The notes below the pieces were generated by a model. It searched no databases. It worked only from the letters and a program-made list of their open reading frames with translations, and was not told the origin of the DNA. A program made the position numbers and the translations under genes. From positions 22,579 to 86,578 of the IMG/VR virus record IMGVR_UViG_3300048577_000420: a DNA stretch of 64,000 bases. One strand, written 5' to 3'. This document shows positions 35,301 through 45,282 of the stretch, piece by piece. Numbering within the stretch: position 1 is the first letter of the stretch; every line of letters starts with the position of its first letter. Source of the DNA: a virus (lineage: Duplodnaviria > Heunggongvirae > Uroviricota > Caudoviricetes).

Positions 35301-37531
35301 CGATCGTGGCCGCCGACAAGTCGAACGTCTTCCAGGACTTCTCGGTCGACGGGATCAACTCGACCCTCAAGGAGCTGACCGACCAGGGGTACAACGCCTC
35401 CGAGCGCCTGGAGCTCCTCAACCGCGCGCTCTTCGACTTCACGAAGCAGACGGCCGGCGCCAAGGACGCCTTCGCGGTGCTCAACCCCGAGGAGCGCACG
35501 GCCGTCGGGGCCAAGTCCGGCCAGATCCTCGTCGACGCCGTCTCCAACGCGAAGTCGCTCTTCCAGGTCAGCCAGTCGGAGTGGACGTACGGCGTCAACA
35601 CCGACCGCAAGGACCGGCCGAGCTCGTACGCGCTCGGCGAGGCGATCGACCGCTTCACGCTCTCGTCGAAGGACGAGACCGCGCTGCGCGACGCGATGGC
35701 CCGCACGATGGAGGAGTCGCTGGCCACCTGGTCGGCCGGCGGCGTCATCGACAAGGAGGACGTCGACCGGATCGTCGCCGACGTCCAGTCCGGAGCCCAG
35801 ACCGCCCTCGGCAAGGACCGCTGGAACGACCTCGTCAAGGACGGCCAGGTCGAGCTCTTCAAGTCCATGCTCTCCTCGCAGGTCCGCGGGATGCTCGCGG
35901 GCTTCGGGGGCACGCTCACGCGCGACAGCATCGCGGGCTTCATGCAGGTCGCCCCCCAGGTCGCCCAGGCGCGGGGCGAGCTCGTCCAGCAGCAGACCGG
36001 CAGCTCGCCGCTCGGCAACGAGGCCACCCTGGCCGCGCTGCAGAAGAACCGCGACGACCTCATGGCGGTCGTCGACCAGAGCGGCTCCCCCCTGACCGAG
36101 GAGGAGCAGCGCGACCTGGCCAACCTGGACCTCTCGATCCTCCAGTGGAAGCGGACGGTCCTGAGCGACCGCATCCAGGCGATCCAGACGATCACCGGGG
36201 TCGCGCAGTCCAGGCTCGCGGACGACGACGTCTTCGGCCGGCTCACCCTGAGCCAGCAGTCCGTGGCACAGCAGCGCGCCGCGGACGCCGGCAACGCGCC
36301 CTCGATCCTCAACGGCGGCAAGTGGGACCCGGCGTACGCCCAGCGTGAGGCGGCCCGGCAGGCGCAGGAGGTCGCCGACGCCAAGGCCCTCGCGCAGGCC
36401 AACCTCCAGGGGACCCAGAACCGTAACCTCGCGAACGTCGGCGCGAACGACGCGCTCGGGCGGTCGCGCGTCGAGATCGAGAACTCCCGCCTCTACCTCA
36501 ACTCGCTCACCGCGGGCTCGCCGGAGTACTGGGCCGCCGTCGCCAACCTCAACCAGGCCCAGTTCGCCTACGCCCAGGCCAACGCGCAGAACACCTCGGC
36601 CAACGCGCTCGCGAACATCGACCCCCGCGACAACCTCGCGCGGATCAACCAGCAGATCGCCAACGCGCGGCGCGAGATGGCCCTGCTCCCCTCGAACCAG
36701 CGGGGGCAGTACCGGGAGCAGATCGCACAGCTCAACCAGCAGTACCAGGAGGGGCTGGTCTCCCAGGCGAACGCTGCTGCTACCGCAGGAATCGCAGGCA
36801 ACCGGTCCTCGATCGACCAGGCCCGCGTCAACCTGGCGAACGCCAACCGCTCCCTGGGCATCCAGCTGCAGGGCACCGAGTCCTACTACTCGGCGCTCTC
36901 CGGCGTCCGCGAGGCGCAGTCGGCGCTCGCCCAGGCCGAGCGCGAGCAGGCGGACCGGGTGGCCCGACTCGGCTCGGACCTCACCAACCCGGTCGAGCAG
37001 GCGCGCCTCGACGTGGAGAAGGCCCGAGCCCAGCTCACCGCCGACCAGGCGTCCGGCCAGGGCCCCGACGTCGTCACGCAGGACCAGCTCGACCTCAAGA
37101 ACGCCCAGAACACCCAGGAGGCCGCGGCCTTCAACCAGCGGATCTCCGACCTGCAGACGGCCGAGGACCTCGGGCGGATCTCGCACACCGCCTACATGAG
37201 CTACCTGCAGGCCGAGCACGACCGCCTGAGCGCCGTGGCCAACCGGACCCGGCAGCAGCAGGAGCAGCTCGACCAGGTCGACAAGCTCATGAAGAGCGCC
37301 TCGGAGCAGATCCAGGGCCAGTTCAACATCGGCGACATCAAGCTCCCGACGATCTACGAGGTCCGGCGGGCGATCGCCTCGAACGCGCCCACCTCCGTCG
37401 CGGACTACAGCCACTCGAACAACGTCATCAACATCAACGGCGCCCCGCTGGAGCAGGTCCTGGAGTACCTGGAGACCTACCTCGGCGCCGGCGCTCAGGT
37501 CGTCACCGCGACGGCGGGGAGGAAGATCTGA
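32384..37531 (+). CDS. Tape measure protein (1715 aa)
   Basis: Size and position. Long Ala/Gln-rich helical repeats. ATG with GAGGGGGTGAGGG RBS. The antisense 1717-aa ORF is an artefact. Confidence 0.85.
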   Translation: MAEESENVLIGIEYTGSAAVEKFGADLSAVPAELGAVIKEMAAVAGKDENVVRASAKALAQAFIATWKLEMAEAQGLLSGVGINRGNFTSTAVGSLGLTDPKQLAAATRVIEQVRRQMDAGASSVLKATDLAPTIRALQQVESQADRTQRALQGAAAAQAKVSSTPTVMQRDLQAIQKAPVAPDVRERLTKQLAQDTPVRQAIVERRAAGDDSGARTLAADLGTTRYQVMAADKEYLDLIAALRQESAAHREAAEAARVRAVGGSGASMGLGAQITPWQVGRSAYWQTDMGQRFATQMGLPTSAFGGPTMPAADASWWQRNFMPGLSARLTEQVAALPKAEQRQVSPNPGFKQSFTTAFTHEDEPGAFGQMVGQTARVSLFYGVAYRALSALQQGLEQAVQETVAYEDALTSLNIVTGRTRSANEELAGTLSDIAAAAGYTPSQGVALGSKALGLYGVASADQATQEHTIEVSATVATRMARVANADPVGTQGQLAGALRSLGWGIDRLPELEDTISFISRQTGQAPTELLGAVSNIATLGTQAGFTPQQLAALVAQVGTTTGQNPESTAGQFRQLLSRSAPEIASQASGIVGVDLTGLDLQQIFAKVSQLSLSADQLNAFASLFGKGGSQQVATILTQQYGAVQKLSTEAQAPENAGFGRRAYDEAMTSFGNRVKELGGQFAQFGVALIETGVLDWLGALVVAITQLVEVGTKVLGWFNELPRPLRSVALALAEVYGAALLIGKTGIGAKALGGVAGTALDLLPTRVTNRVLSTSADAVTESQVTRLFARGAQGPLMADGRFATNQVSAATLRAALGTDVSALFAQGGPLRLSADARLAASQSGTLLGRAQGATGLTGLGMAGAVGAAALAAGTIYEGFKVTNDAQARVDEARAALAAAKSLDELRDATALARNSMQDLRQEGLEGLKTGDVVNLIPALMTSLLTGGEKKALQETADEGQRRADALQQYRDTIVAADKSNVFQDFSVDGINSTLKELTDQGYNASERLELLNRALFDFTKQTAGAKDAFAVLNPEERTAVGAKSGQILVDAVSNAKSLFQVSQSEWTYGVNTDRKDRPSSYALGEAIDRFTLSSKDETALRDAMARTMEESLATWSAGGVIDKEDVDRIVADVQSGAQTALGKDRWNDLVKDGQVELFKSMLSSQVRGMLAGFGGTLTRDSIAGFMQVAPQVAQARGELVQQQTGSSPLGNEATLAALQKNRDDLMAVVDQSGSPLTEEEQRDLANLDLSILQWKRTVLSDRIQAIQTITGVAQSRLADDDVFGRLTLSQQSVAQQRAADAGNAPSILNGGKWDPAYAQREAARQAQEVADAKALAQANLQGTQNRNLANVGANDALGRSRVEIENSRLYLNSLTAGSPEYWAAVANLNQAQFAYAQANAQNTSANALANIDPRDNLARINQQIANARREMALLPSNQRGQYREQIAQLNQQYQEGLVSQANAAATAGIAGNRSSIDQARVNLANANRSLGIQLQGTESYYSALSGVREAQSALAQAEREQADRVARLGSDLTNPVEQARLDVEKARAQLTADQASGQGPDVVTQDQLDLKNAQNTQEAAAFNQRISDLQTAEDLGRISHTAYMSYLQAEHDRLSAVANRTRQQQEQLDQVDKLMKSASEQIQGQFNIGDIKLPTIYEVRRAIASNAPTSVADYSHSNNVININGAPLEQVLEYLETYLGAGAQVVTATAGRKI

Positions 37532-37962
37532 TGGGCGTGCTCCGCTGGAGGCTGCAGGACCCGAGCGACCCGTCGCCGGCCGGCACCTACCGGTTCCCCT
37601 GGAACCCCCAGAAGCAGACGCCGCCCTTCCCGGAGCGCGCGATCACGACCCAGGCGACCACCGCCATCGACGGCCAGATCCTGCTCTGGGAGGGCATGGC
37701 CCAGCCCGCGGCCTGGACGTTCTCGGGCGTGATCAAGGACGCGGCCCACTACGAGGCGCTGCGGTCGTGGGTGTACGACCGTCAGGGCCGCCTCTTCCTG
37801 TACGACCACTTCGGCCGCCGCCTCGTGATCGTCATGAAGGCGTTCAAGCCCTCGGCCGAGGCCAACGTGAAGGTCGGCCGCTACTGGCACCACAGCTACG
37901 ACGTCGACGCGCTCGTGCTCTCGGTCAGCCAGCCCACCGTCGGAGACGAGGGCCCGCAGTGA
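37531..37962 (+). CDS. Hypothetical tail protein
   Basis: ATGA coupling to the tape measure gene. Confidence 0.5.
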   Translation: MGVLRWRLQDPSDPSPAGTYRFPWNPQKQTPPFPERAITTQATTAIDGQILLWEGMAQPAAWTFSGVIKDAAHYEALRSWVYDRQGRLFLYDHFGRRLVIVMKAFKPSAEANVKVGRYWHHSYDVDALVLSVSQPTVGDEGPQ

Positions 37963-40241
37963 GGGGCGACATCCCGGCCGGCATGGAGGCCATCTGGCGC
38001 TCGGGCAACTACCTCGGCTCGCGCCGCGCCTTCGCGCGCGTCACCGTCCAGCGGCCCCAGATGCGGCTCGACACCTTCGCCATGCAGTCGACGTTCCGCC
38101 GCGTGCCGGCGATCACCTCGGACGTCTCGTCCTTCAACCCCTACCCCGAGGGCATCGACCCGACGCACGGCGAGCCGATCACGAACGTCTACGCCGACTA
38201 CCACTTCACGGCGCCCGAGCCGCCGAAGGAGCTGCCCAACGTCGCCAAGGTCTCCTGGTCCCGGACGACGGACACCGACGCCGCCACGGCCACGATCGAG
38301 TTCTGGAACACGGCGCCGCTGCCCCTCGGCGAGAAGCCGGCGAACGGCGACCTCGACCAGCCGGGCTTCTACACGGCCGGCCGCGGCACGGCCGCCTTCT
38401 CCTCGCGCTGGGGCCACACCCCGAACGAGTGGGCGAACATGCTCATGCCGGACAACATCCTGCGCACGTACGAGGGCTACGGCTTCGACCCCGACGTCCC
38501 GCCGGAGGCAGACCCGCACCTCATGCGGACGGGCGTGTGGAAGATCGATGAGGTCAAGCTGTCGGCGTTCGGCATCCTGGTGTGCTCGTGCCGGGACGAC
38601 GGACACCTCCTCCTCGACCAGATGGCCTTCCTCCCCGTCATCCCGGAGGACTTCTACCCGGTCGTCTTCAAGGACTGGTCCGACAAGGTCACCGTCCAGT
38701 CCCAGCGCACGGTGATCACCGAGACCAACAACGTCGAGCGCCTCACCGTCACGCCCCTCGGCTCCGGCAACGACCGCTGGCCGGAGAGCGCGTACACGGG
38801 CGCCAAGGTCTACGGGCACTCGCACACCGACGCCTTCGACGGCGACGCCGCGTCGTACTGGCTCTCGGTGGGCAACGTCTCGCCCGGGCTGCGCCACAGC
38901 TACGAGTACGTCGACTTCGCCGTCGGCGGGGCGACCGTCAGCCAGATCCGGTTCTGGACGGTCGGCTCGGGCTATAACGCCTACGTCTCCGTCAGGGTCA
39001 ACGGCGCCTGGGTCGACGGCCCCGTCATGCCGTACCACCGCGACGGCCAGGGCCGCTACGACGAGGGCGTGCCGTACGTGGCCGCTGTCGGCGGCCTGGC
39101 CGGTGAGGGCGAGCACGTGATCGCCCTCGGGCCGATCGCGGGCGTGGATGTGGTCCGGCTGTGGCTGGGCAACCTCCAGAACTTCGGCCTCGCGGGCGCG
39201 AAGTACCGCGCGGCGCTCCGCGAGGTGACCGCCTGGGGTCCAGTCCACCGCGTCGACCGGACCGTCGTGACCGACTCGGCCGAGACGGCCCTCACCGCCG
39301 GCCCCGCGGGCTCGAACCCCGGCCGCGTCCAGGACTACACGGACATCGTCAAGCTCTTCTGCGCGTGGGCCGGCTTCTACTGGCCGATGGACGCCTACGA
39401 GCTCTACTCCGACGGCACGAAGCACCCCCTCGTGCCGGCCTCCCCCGACACCGCGGTGCTCGGCGAGGTCGTGCACGGGCGTGTCTGGGGCGACTTCCAG
39501 CAGACGGGCACCGCGCCGCCGAACCAGATCCTCGCGAGCGCCTTCGACAAGAAGAGCCTGCTGGACGGCATCCGCTACATCGCGGACACGATCGGCTTCC
39601 TCTTCTTCATCGACGAGACCGGCGGCGTCCAGTGGCGGCTGCCGAACGTCTGGAACGTCGGCAACTGGGTCACGGGCCTCGCGCCCAACCCCGGCCGCAC
39701 GGTCCGGCCGTGGGTCATCGATGAGCGCCAGGTGCTGCTCGGGCTCGACGCGTCGCTGCAGTCGCGCAACGTCCGCGAGGGCGTGTTCGTCGCGAACGCC
39801 GTCGGCAAGGTCGCCGCGATGGTCGGCGGCTACAACCCCAACCCGACGGGGCTGCGCCGCGTCGCCGGCTGGACGGACCAGTACTTCGAGAGTGCTGACG
39901 AGGCCCGGGTGATGGCCGACCTGGTCGCCGTCCGGCAGATGTTCAAGTACCGCACGGACCAGGTGGTGATCCCCGGCTTCCCCGGGATCCAGGTCGACGA
40001 CCAGGTCCGGATCTTCGAGCGCGTGACGTCCGAGGGCTTCATCCACTACGTCAAGGGCATCTCGTCGACCAACGACCTGAAGTCGGGCCAGTGGACGTAC
40101 ACCCTCCAGACGCACTGGCTCGGCGACGACCCGAACGGGCGATGGGTGCTCGACAAGTCGACGCTCAACACCACCACGCTCGCCTACGTCGATTCACTCC
40201 AGCAGGGAGCGGAGTGGTCGCGCGCGGGACTGGAGGCATGA
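37959..40241 (+). CDS. Minor tail / tail-tip protein (760 aa)
   Basis: Size and position downstream of the tape measure gene. Confidence 0.6.
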   Translation: MRGDIPAGMEAIWRSGNYLGSRRAFARVTVQRPQMRLDTFAMQSTFRRVPAITSDVSSFNPYPEGIDPTHGEPITNVYADYHFTAPEPPKELPNVAKVSWSRTTDTDAATATIEFWNTAPLPLGEKPANGDLDQPGFYTAGRGTAAFSSRWGHTPNEWANMLMPDNILRTYEGYGFDPDVPPEADPHLMRTGVWKIDEVKLSAFGILVCSCRDDGHLLLDQMAFLPVIPEDFYPVVFKDWSDKVTVQSQRTVITETNNVERLTVTPLGSGNDRWPESAYTGAKVYGHSHTDAFDGDAASYWLSVGNVSPGLRHSYEYVDFAVGGATVSQIRFWTVGSGYNAYVSVRVNGAWVDGPVMPYHRDGQGRYDEGVPYVAAVGGLAGEGEHVIALGPIAGVDVVRLWLGNLQNFGLAGAKYRAALREVTAWGPVHRVDRTVVTDSAETALTAGPAGSNPGRVQDYTDIVKLFCAWAGFYWPMDAYELYSDGTKHPLVPASPDTAVLGEVVHGRVWGDFQQTGTAPPNQILASAFDKKSLLDGIRYIADTIGFLFFIDETGGVQWRLPNVWNVGNWVTGLAPNPGRTVRPWVIDERQVLLGLDASLQSRNVREGVFVANAVGKVAAMVGGYNPNPTGLRRVAGWTDQYFESADEARVMADLVAVRQMFKYRTDQVVIPGFPGIQVDDQVRIFERVTSEGFIHYVKGISSTNDLKSGQWTYTLQTHWLGDDPNGRWVLDKSTLNTTTLAYVDSLQQGAEWSRAGLEA

Positions 40242-40690
40242 TGCAGGGCTTCTACAGCCTGATCGTCGCGCAGGACGCCGCGAACGCCGCCAGGTCGGCC
40301 CAGGCCGAGAACGGCGCCCGGTGGGCGGTGTCGAGCCACACCATCGAGACGAAGGGCCTCACCTCCGCCAGGATCGCCGACCCGGTGATGTTCGAGGCGC
40401 CCTTCACCCAGGCGCCCTACATCTCCACGGGCCTCGCGATCCGCCAGGACGCGGACCCCGCCTCGGGCTGGATCCCGCAGGTCTCCGCGGGCGTGTGGCA
40501 GTGGCACCGCAACACGAAGGGCCACTACACGGGCGCCTACCTCTTCGTGCACGTCGGCGCCGGCGCGATCGGGTCCGTCCTGCAGCACCACTTCACGTTC
40601 TCCGGCCTGGCCTACAAGGACCTCGGCCAGGACGTCTCCACCGAGGCCCAGCTCCTGGCGCCTCGCCCAGTCGGATTCGGAGGGATCTGA
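40238..40690 (+). CDS. Hypothetical tail protein
   Basis: ATGA coupling. Confidence 0.5.
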   Translation: MMQGFYSLIVAQDAANAARSAQAENGARWAVSSHTIETKGLTSARIADPVMFEAPFTQAPYISTGLAIRQDADPASGWIPQVSAGVWQWHRNTKGHYTGAYLFVHVGAGAIGSVLQHHFTFSGLAYKDLGQDVSTEAQLLAPRPVGFGGI

Positions 40691-41880
40691 TGTCTGGCCT
40701 GACCTCGCGGTTCAAGCTGAGCCGGTTCGGCGGTGGCACGCCGGGCACCATCCTCGACGACGGGCAGAAGTTCACCAGCCTGGACCGGGACACCATCGAC
40801 CGGCTCCTCGCCCAGACCGAGGTTCACGACCACCTCTTCAGGCCCGTGACCCTCGTTGGCCCCGCGGCGCCCACGGGTGCGCTCCAGACCAACGCCGGCA
40901 CGATGCAGTGCGGCTTCACCTACTACTACCGCTACGCGGTCGTCGACGAGCTCGGAGCCGAGACCATCGCGAGCGCCGAGCTCGCCGTGCCGACTCCGGC
41001 GGTCCTGGCCACGCCGGGTCTCCCGGCCGTGTCGCTCGCGACCGACGCCGGCCAGCTCGCGCCCGGGCTCTACTACTACGGCCTCACGGCGATCCGCGGC
41101 ACCGAGGAGACGCCGCTCGGCCCGGCAGTCCTCATGGCGCTGCAGGCCGGGGAGACCGCCGTGCGCATCGACCTGCCGACGGCCAACGGCGCCACCCAGT
41201 TCCGCGTCTGGCGGATGGGCTCGACGGAGTCCGGCTACACCAAGGTGGGCGTCGTTTCTGCGTCCGCAGGTTTCTTCGTCGACGCCGGGTCTGTCCCCGC
41301 CGACCCGTGCGCCTGCGACCCCGGCAACGCCCCGCCCCAGGTGAACACGGGCACCGCCTCGTACGCGATCGCCGTGACGCTCCCGACGGACCTCGACATC
41401 TCCAAGGCCCGGGGCTGGCGCCTGTACCGGACGGTCTACCCCGGGATCTACCCGACCACGTCGCTCGTGCACCAGGTCGTCGAGCGCGAGCACGAGTGGG
41501 ACGCGACGTCGGCGCTCCTGCGCACGTGGGTCGACACGGGCGCCCCGCTCGCCGCCGGCCAGCCGATGAGCACCGACCTGAACATGCGGTTCCAGGCGTT
41601 CACCTTCGACTCGGCCGCGGCCCTGCCCGACCCGGCCCCATACCCGCAGCGCTACCCGCTGCTCGTCGGCCAGGTGCTCTACGTCAAGGTCGGTACCGAG
41701 TGGGTCAAGGTCACCGGCTCGGGGTCGGACCCCTCCGGGGGCACCCCCGCGAGCTCGGTCCTGACCGCACCCGGCGGCGGCCGCTACATGCTCACCGTCG
41801 CCGACGACGGGACGCTCACGACCGTCACGACGCCGTTCCCTGGCCCGCCCACCCCGCCGATGAATGTGCAGGTGCACTGA
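40690..41880 (+). CDS. Hypothetical tail protein
   Basis: ATGA coupling. Confidence 0.5.
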   Translation: MSGLTSRFKLSRFGGGTPGTILDDGQKFTSLDRDTIDRLLAQTEVHDHLFRPVTLVGPAAPTGALQTNAGTMQCGFTYYYRYAVVDELGAETIASAELAVPTPAVLATPGLPAVSLATDAGQLAPGLYYYGLTAIRGTEETPLGPAVLMALQAGETAVRIDLPTANGATQFRVWRMGSTESGYTKVGVVSASAGFFVDAGSVPADPCACDPGNAPPQVNTGTASYAIAVTLPTDLDISKARGWRLYRTVYPGIYPTTSLVHQVVEREHEWDATSALLRTWVDTGAPLAAGQPMSTDLNMRFQAFTFDSAAALPDPAPYPQRYPLLVGQVLYVKVGTEWVKVTGSGSDPSGGTPASSVLTAPGGGRYMLTVADDGTLTTVTTPFPGPPTPPMNVQVH

Positions 41881-43247
41881 TGATCCCCGACGGCGCGTTC
41901 CTCGTCCTCGACCCGGCCGCGATCACCCTCGACCCGGGCTACTACTACGAGCCGATCGCCCTCGGCGACGTGCTCCTCACGCCGGGCGAGGTCCTGGTCG
42001 GCAACAACATCTCGAACCCGAAGATGGTCTCCACCTACGCGATCGCGGCCTCGTCCCTCCCGTGGGCGGTGAACCCCGGCGCGACGAACGTCGGCAGCGC
42101 GACCTACCAGTCGGGCGGGGGCATCACGACGGACTGCACGACGCCCGCCGTCACGATCGCGCAGCTGCGGTACGGCTTCGGCTTCGACAACGTCATCCCG
42201 GGAGAGCGCCTCTCGGCCACGCCCGGCGATGTCATCGAGGTCGGGTTCACCGTCACGCCGCTGGCCACCGCCACGATCCGCGTCAAGGTCACGCCGATCT
42301 GGTTCAGCGAGGACGCCGCCACGTTCACCGTCGGCACCGCGGCGGGCTACGCGCAGACGATCACCGGCACGAGGGAGTACATCTGGAACCTCGGCGCCGT
42401 CCCGGACGGCGTGGACTCCTTCGCGTTCCAGATCGACGTCGTCACCGCCTCCGGCACCGCGACCGGCGGGGTCAAGATCGAGCGCATCTACCAGCGCACG
42501 GCGACCGCGGCGATCCACGGCTACGTCGACGGCAGCGTGGCCGGCTGGTCCTGGGCGGGCGACCCCAACGCCTCTGCCACCATGACGGTCCAGCCGGTCG
42601 CGGCCTGGACGGGTCGGGGCCTGCGCCTCGAAGGCACGTGGCACGCGACCAGCACGCCGTCGCCGATGTCCATCGTGATGGCCGTGAAGGCGCTCGGCGA
42701 CTGCTCGATCGCCGTCGGCCGCGAGACGTTCCGCTGGGCCCACGGGGTGGCCAACGGCCTCGACACCTTCGACCTGACCACGGACTACACGCGGTTCGCG
42801 TACACCTTCGTGAACCAGCCGACGGTCATCGCCCTCGTGCTCGACAAGTTCGGCAGCGCCCAGATCCAGCTCGACGCGACCCTGAGCCCCGCGGTCCAGA
42901 GCGACGTCGCCAGCGGGAACTCGAACGTGACGATCACCGGCCCGATCGAGCTCTACTACCTGGCCGCCCACGGCCAGTGGCTCGCCTGGGACGCTGTCAA
43001 CTACATGGTCAACGAGCCGCGCCTGCAGGCCGGGCGGTTCGTGACCTGGGACCTGCCCGAGCACGACGGGGGCACGCAGTACACCGGCTTCATCGTAGAG
43101 GTCTATGACGCGACCCTGGCGTACCAGCGCCACGAGCTCCCCGTCGGCCCCACCTTCTTCGAGGTCGGCCCGACGGTCGGCACGACGCAGATCCAGGTGC
43201 GCGCCGTGAACCCGGCCGGCGTCTCCCTGCCAGCGCGGGCGAGCTGA
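41880..43247 (+). CDS. Hypothetical tail protein
   Basis: ATGA coupling. Confidence 0.5.
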   Translation: MIPDGAFLVLDPAAITLDPGYYYEPIALGDVLLTPGEVLVGNNISNPKMVSTYAIAASSLPWAVNPGATNVGSATYQSGGGITTDCTTPAVTIAQLRYGFGFDNVIPGERLSATPGDVIEVGFTVTPLATATIRVKVTPIWFSEDAATFTVGTAAGYAQTITGTREYIWNLGAVPDGVDSFAFQIDVVTASGTATGGVKIERIYQRTATAAIHGYVDGSVAGWSWAGDPNASATMTVQPVAAWTGRGLRLEGTWHATSTPSPMSIVMAVKALGDCSIAVGRETFRWAHGVANGLDTFDLTTDYTRFAYTFVNQPTVIALVLDKFGSAQIQLDATLSPAVQSDVASGNSNVTITGPIELYYLAAHGQWLAWDAVNYMVNEPRLQAGRFVTWDLPEHDGGTQYTGFIVEVYDATLAYQRHELPVGPTFFEVGPTVGTTQIQVRAVNPAGVSLPARAS

Positions 43248-43465
43248 TGGCGCTGCACCGCCCGGCCGTGCTTGCGTACGCCGCCGACCGGCGCGACTAC
43301 ACGGGGTACAAGGCCATCCCGTACAAGGACGGCGCCGACTTCCCCAGCGGCCCCGTCACACCCGCTCCCCCGCGCAACTACACGCCGACCGACTGGGCGT
43401 ACCGGTCCTTCGGCGCCGATCCCAACGCCGGCGTGCTCCTCGCCGGCCCTGGAGTGGCGTCCTGA
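43247..43465 (+). CDS. Small hypothetical protein
   Basis: ATGA coupling. Confidence 0.4.
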   Translation: MALHRPAVLAYAADRRDYTGYKAIPYKDGADFPSGPVTPAPPRNYTPTDWAYRSFGADPNAGVLLAGPGVAS

Positions 43466-43851
43466 TGCTCAAGCTCTCCCTGCCCGCATACGACGCCGAG
43501 CGTCCGCTCACCATCCGCCTGGTGGGCCGCTCGCGCGTCGCCCCGAACGGCGATCCCTTCTCCGGGGGCCAGGCCTACGCGCCGTTCTCGATCGAGCTCT
43601 ACCCCGACGCGTGGATCGGGGATGTCCGCGTCGCGCTCGACGAGGCGGCCTTCGCGACCCCTGCAGGTTCCGGCTGGTTCGACTTCGACGTGAGCCACTC
43701 CATCGACGTGCCCGCCGCGCTCGGACTCCACGGCGGTGAAGGCTGGTTCCGGCTTTGGTCGGAGAAGTGGGTGCTGATCACCGACTGCCAGGTGAGCTAC
43801 ACGCCGTCTGGACCGGGCGACGGCACCACCGCGCAGGGCTTCTTCTCGTGA
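43465..43851 (+). CDS. Hypothetical protein
   Basis: ORF track. Confidence 0.5.
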   Translation: MLKLSLPAYDAERPLTIRLVGRSRVAPNGDPFSGGQAYAPFSIELYPDAWIGDVRVALDEAAFATPAGSGWFDFDVSHSIDVPAALGLHGGEGWFRLWSEKWVLITDCQVSYTPSGPGDGTTAQGFFS

Positions 43852-44498
43852 TCCCTGTCCTCGTGCCACGTCGCCCGGACGGCGGCGTGCGCGATGCCGC
43901 CTGGTCGGTCCTGCAGGGCTCGGTGTGGGCGGGTCAGCCGTACGAGGTCGTCGAAGGCTTCCACGCCGAGGGGCCCTTCAACCGCTCGATGGCGCTCAAC
44001 GCCGCCGCGGCCAGCGCGGGCGTGTGGGAGGTTGCGGTCGTCGCCGACGCCGACACGTGGGTACACCCAGGCGCCCTGGCCGCGGCCGTCGAGCAAGCGG
44101 CGCGAGCCCGGCACATGGTCGTGCCGCATCGGTCCTGGCGCTGCCTGACCCCCACGGCGACCGCCCGGGTCCTGTCGACGAGGCGCGCCGTGCCGGGCGA
44201 GTGGCACCTGGAGCGGACCGGGGCGGAGGCCGTCTCGGGCGTGCTGGTCGTGCACCGCGAGCAGTGGGACGCCGCCGGAGGGTTCGACGAGCGGTTCGTC
44301 GGGTACGGCTGGGAGGACCTGGCGTTCGCGCGGGCCTGCGTGCTCACGGGCGGCTGGGAGCGGCTGGCCGGGGCCGGCGCCTGCTGGCACCTGCACCACG
44401 GCCACGACGTCGACCTCAACGATCCCCAGGTGCGGGCGAACGGGCGTCTCTTCGGCGTCTGGCAGCGGGCCGAGAGCGTCACCGATGCGCGCGCCTGA
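43848..44498 (+). CDS. Glycosyltransferase, GT-A fold (family-2-like)
   Basis: DXD-like motif VVADADTW and a GYGWEDLAF motif resembling the GWGGED motif of GT2/galactosyltransferases. Confidence 0.5.
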   Translation: MIPVLVPRRPDGGVRDAAWSVLQGSVWAGQPYEVVEGFHAEGPFNRSMALNAAAASAGVWEVAVVADADTWVHPGALAAAVEQAARARHMVVPHRSWRCLTPTATARVLSTRRAVPGEWHLERTGAEAVSGVLVVHREQWDAAGGFDERFVGYGWEDLAFARACVLTGGWERLAGAGACWHLHHGHDVDLNDPQVRANGRLFGVWQRAESVTDARA

Positions 44499-44745
44499 CC
44501 TCGTCCGCGTCCGCGGCGGCTGGCTGGTGAAGGAGGAGGCCGGCTGGCGCCTGGAGGTGCGTCCGCTCCTTCAGCTCTTCCGGCTCGTCGAGGTGCCGGC
44601 CGACTCGCCGATGGAGGTGGGCCGGTTCTGGTGCTACGCGACGTTCGAGGCCGCGGTGCTCGCGGCCGCAGCCTGGTCCGTGGCCGCCGACTCGCAGCCG
44701 GTGGGGTGGGTCCGCTCCGGGGGCGCCAGGCTCAGTGCCCCGTGA
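44485..44745 (+). CDS. Small hypothetical protein
   Basis: ORF track. Confidence 0.35.
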   Translation: MRAPDLVRVRGGWLVKEEAGWRLEVRPLLQLFRLVEVPADSPMEVGRFWCYATFEAAVLAAAAWSVAADSQPVGWVRSGGARLSAP

Positions 44746-44989
44746 GGAAGGTCGCCTCCACAGGCACCGTGCTCTTCGCGGGGATGGTCAGCGTCAGCTC
44801 GCCGGCGAACCCGTCCGTGGCGGCCGCGGTCACCGCGAGCGAGAGCGCCCAGCGGCCGGCCGTCTTGAGGCGCTTCATCGGCTCGCTCCTGGCGAGGGCA
44901 AGGAGGGCCTGTTCCAGCTCGACCTGGCTCGCGTCGGCACCCTTGTCCGGGGCGTTGGTGTTCGCCCGGACCGCAGGGGATGCAGTCAC
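44732..44989 (-). CDS. Small leftward hypothetical protein (85 aa)
   Basis: ORF track. Convergent with the tail module. Confidence 0.4.
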   Translation of the reverse strand: MTASPAVRANTNAPDKGADASQVELEQALLALARSEPMKRLKTAGRWALSLAVTAAATDGFAGELTLTIPAKSTVPVEATFLTGH

Positions 44990-45104
44990 TGTGACTCCTT
45001 GATCAAGAACTTACAACGGTGTGGTTCTCGCTGATCCTGTGTATCGCCCCTGCTCAGCGTCGGGGACTTTAGTCCGGTAACACGGGCGATGACCAAAAGT
45101 CAGC

Positions 45105-45152
45105 ATTCCGCTGCGCTAGCAGGAATCGCCGCGAAACCTGCGCTAGCAGGAA
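45105..45152. promoter_or_regulatory. Tandem pair of IR motif copies: ATTCCgcTGC-GCTA-GCAGGAAT and AACCTGC-GCTA-GCAGGAA, 30 bp centre to centre
   Basis: Read directly from the sequence. Lies in the 360-bp non-coding hub between the late and early regions. Confidence 0.65.
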
Positions 45153-45282
45153 GCAGCGCCGCTTGCGTCCCTGTCGGAGGCTGTGCGTAGAGTCCTCACC
45201 ACAAGCGAATCACCGGCCCGGACAGCGGGCCAGGCATCCGCGGCCTGAGCGCCGGGATGAGCCACCAAAGCAATCGGCTGAG

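Noticed and set aside
36780-36800. IR-like sequence CAGGAATCGCAGG inside the tape measure gene
   Set aside because: Only one arm plus a partial match. It lies within a coding repeat and is not counted as an operator copy.
32261-37414. A 1717-aa ORF on the - strand opposite the tape measure gene
   Set aside because: Same artefact. The + strand tape measure protein has the expected position, RBS and composition.
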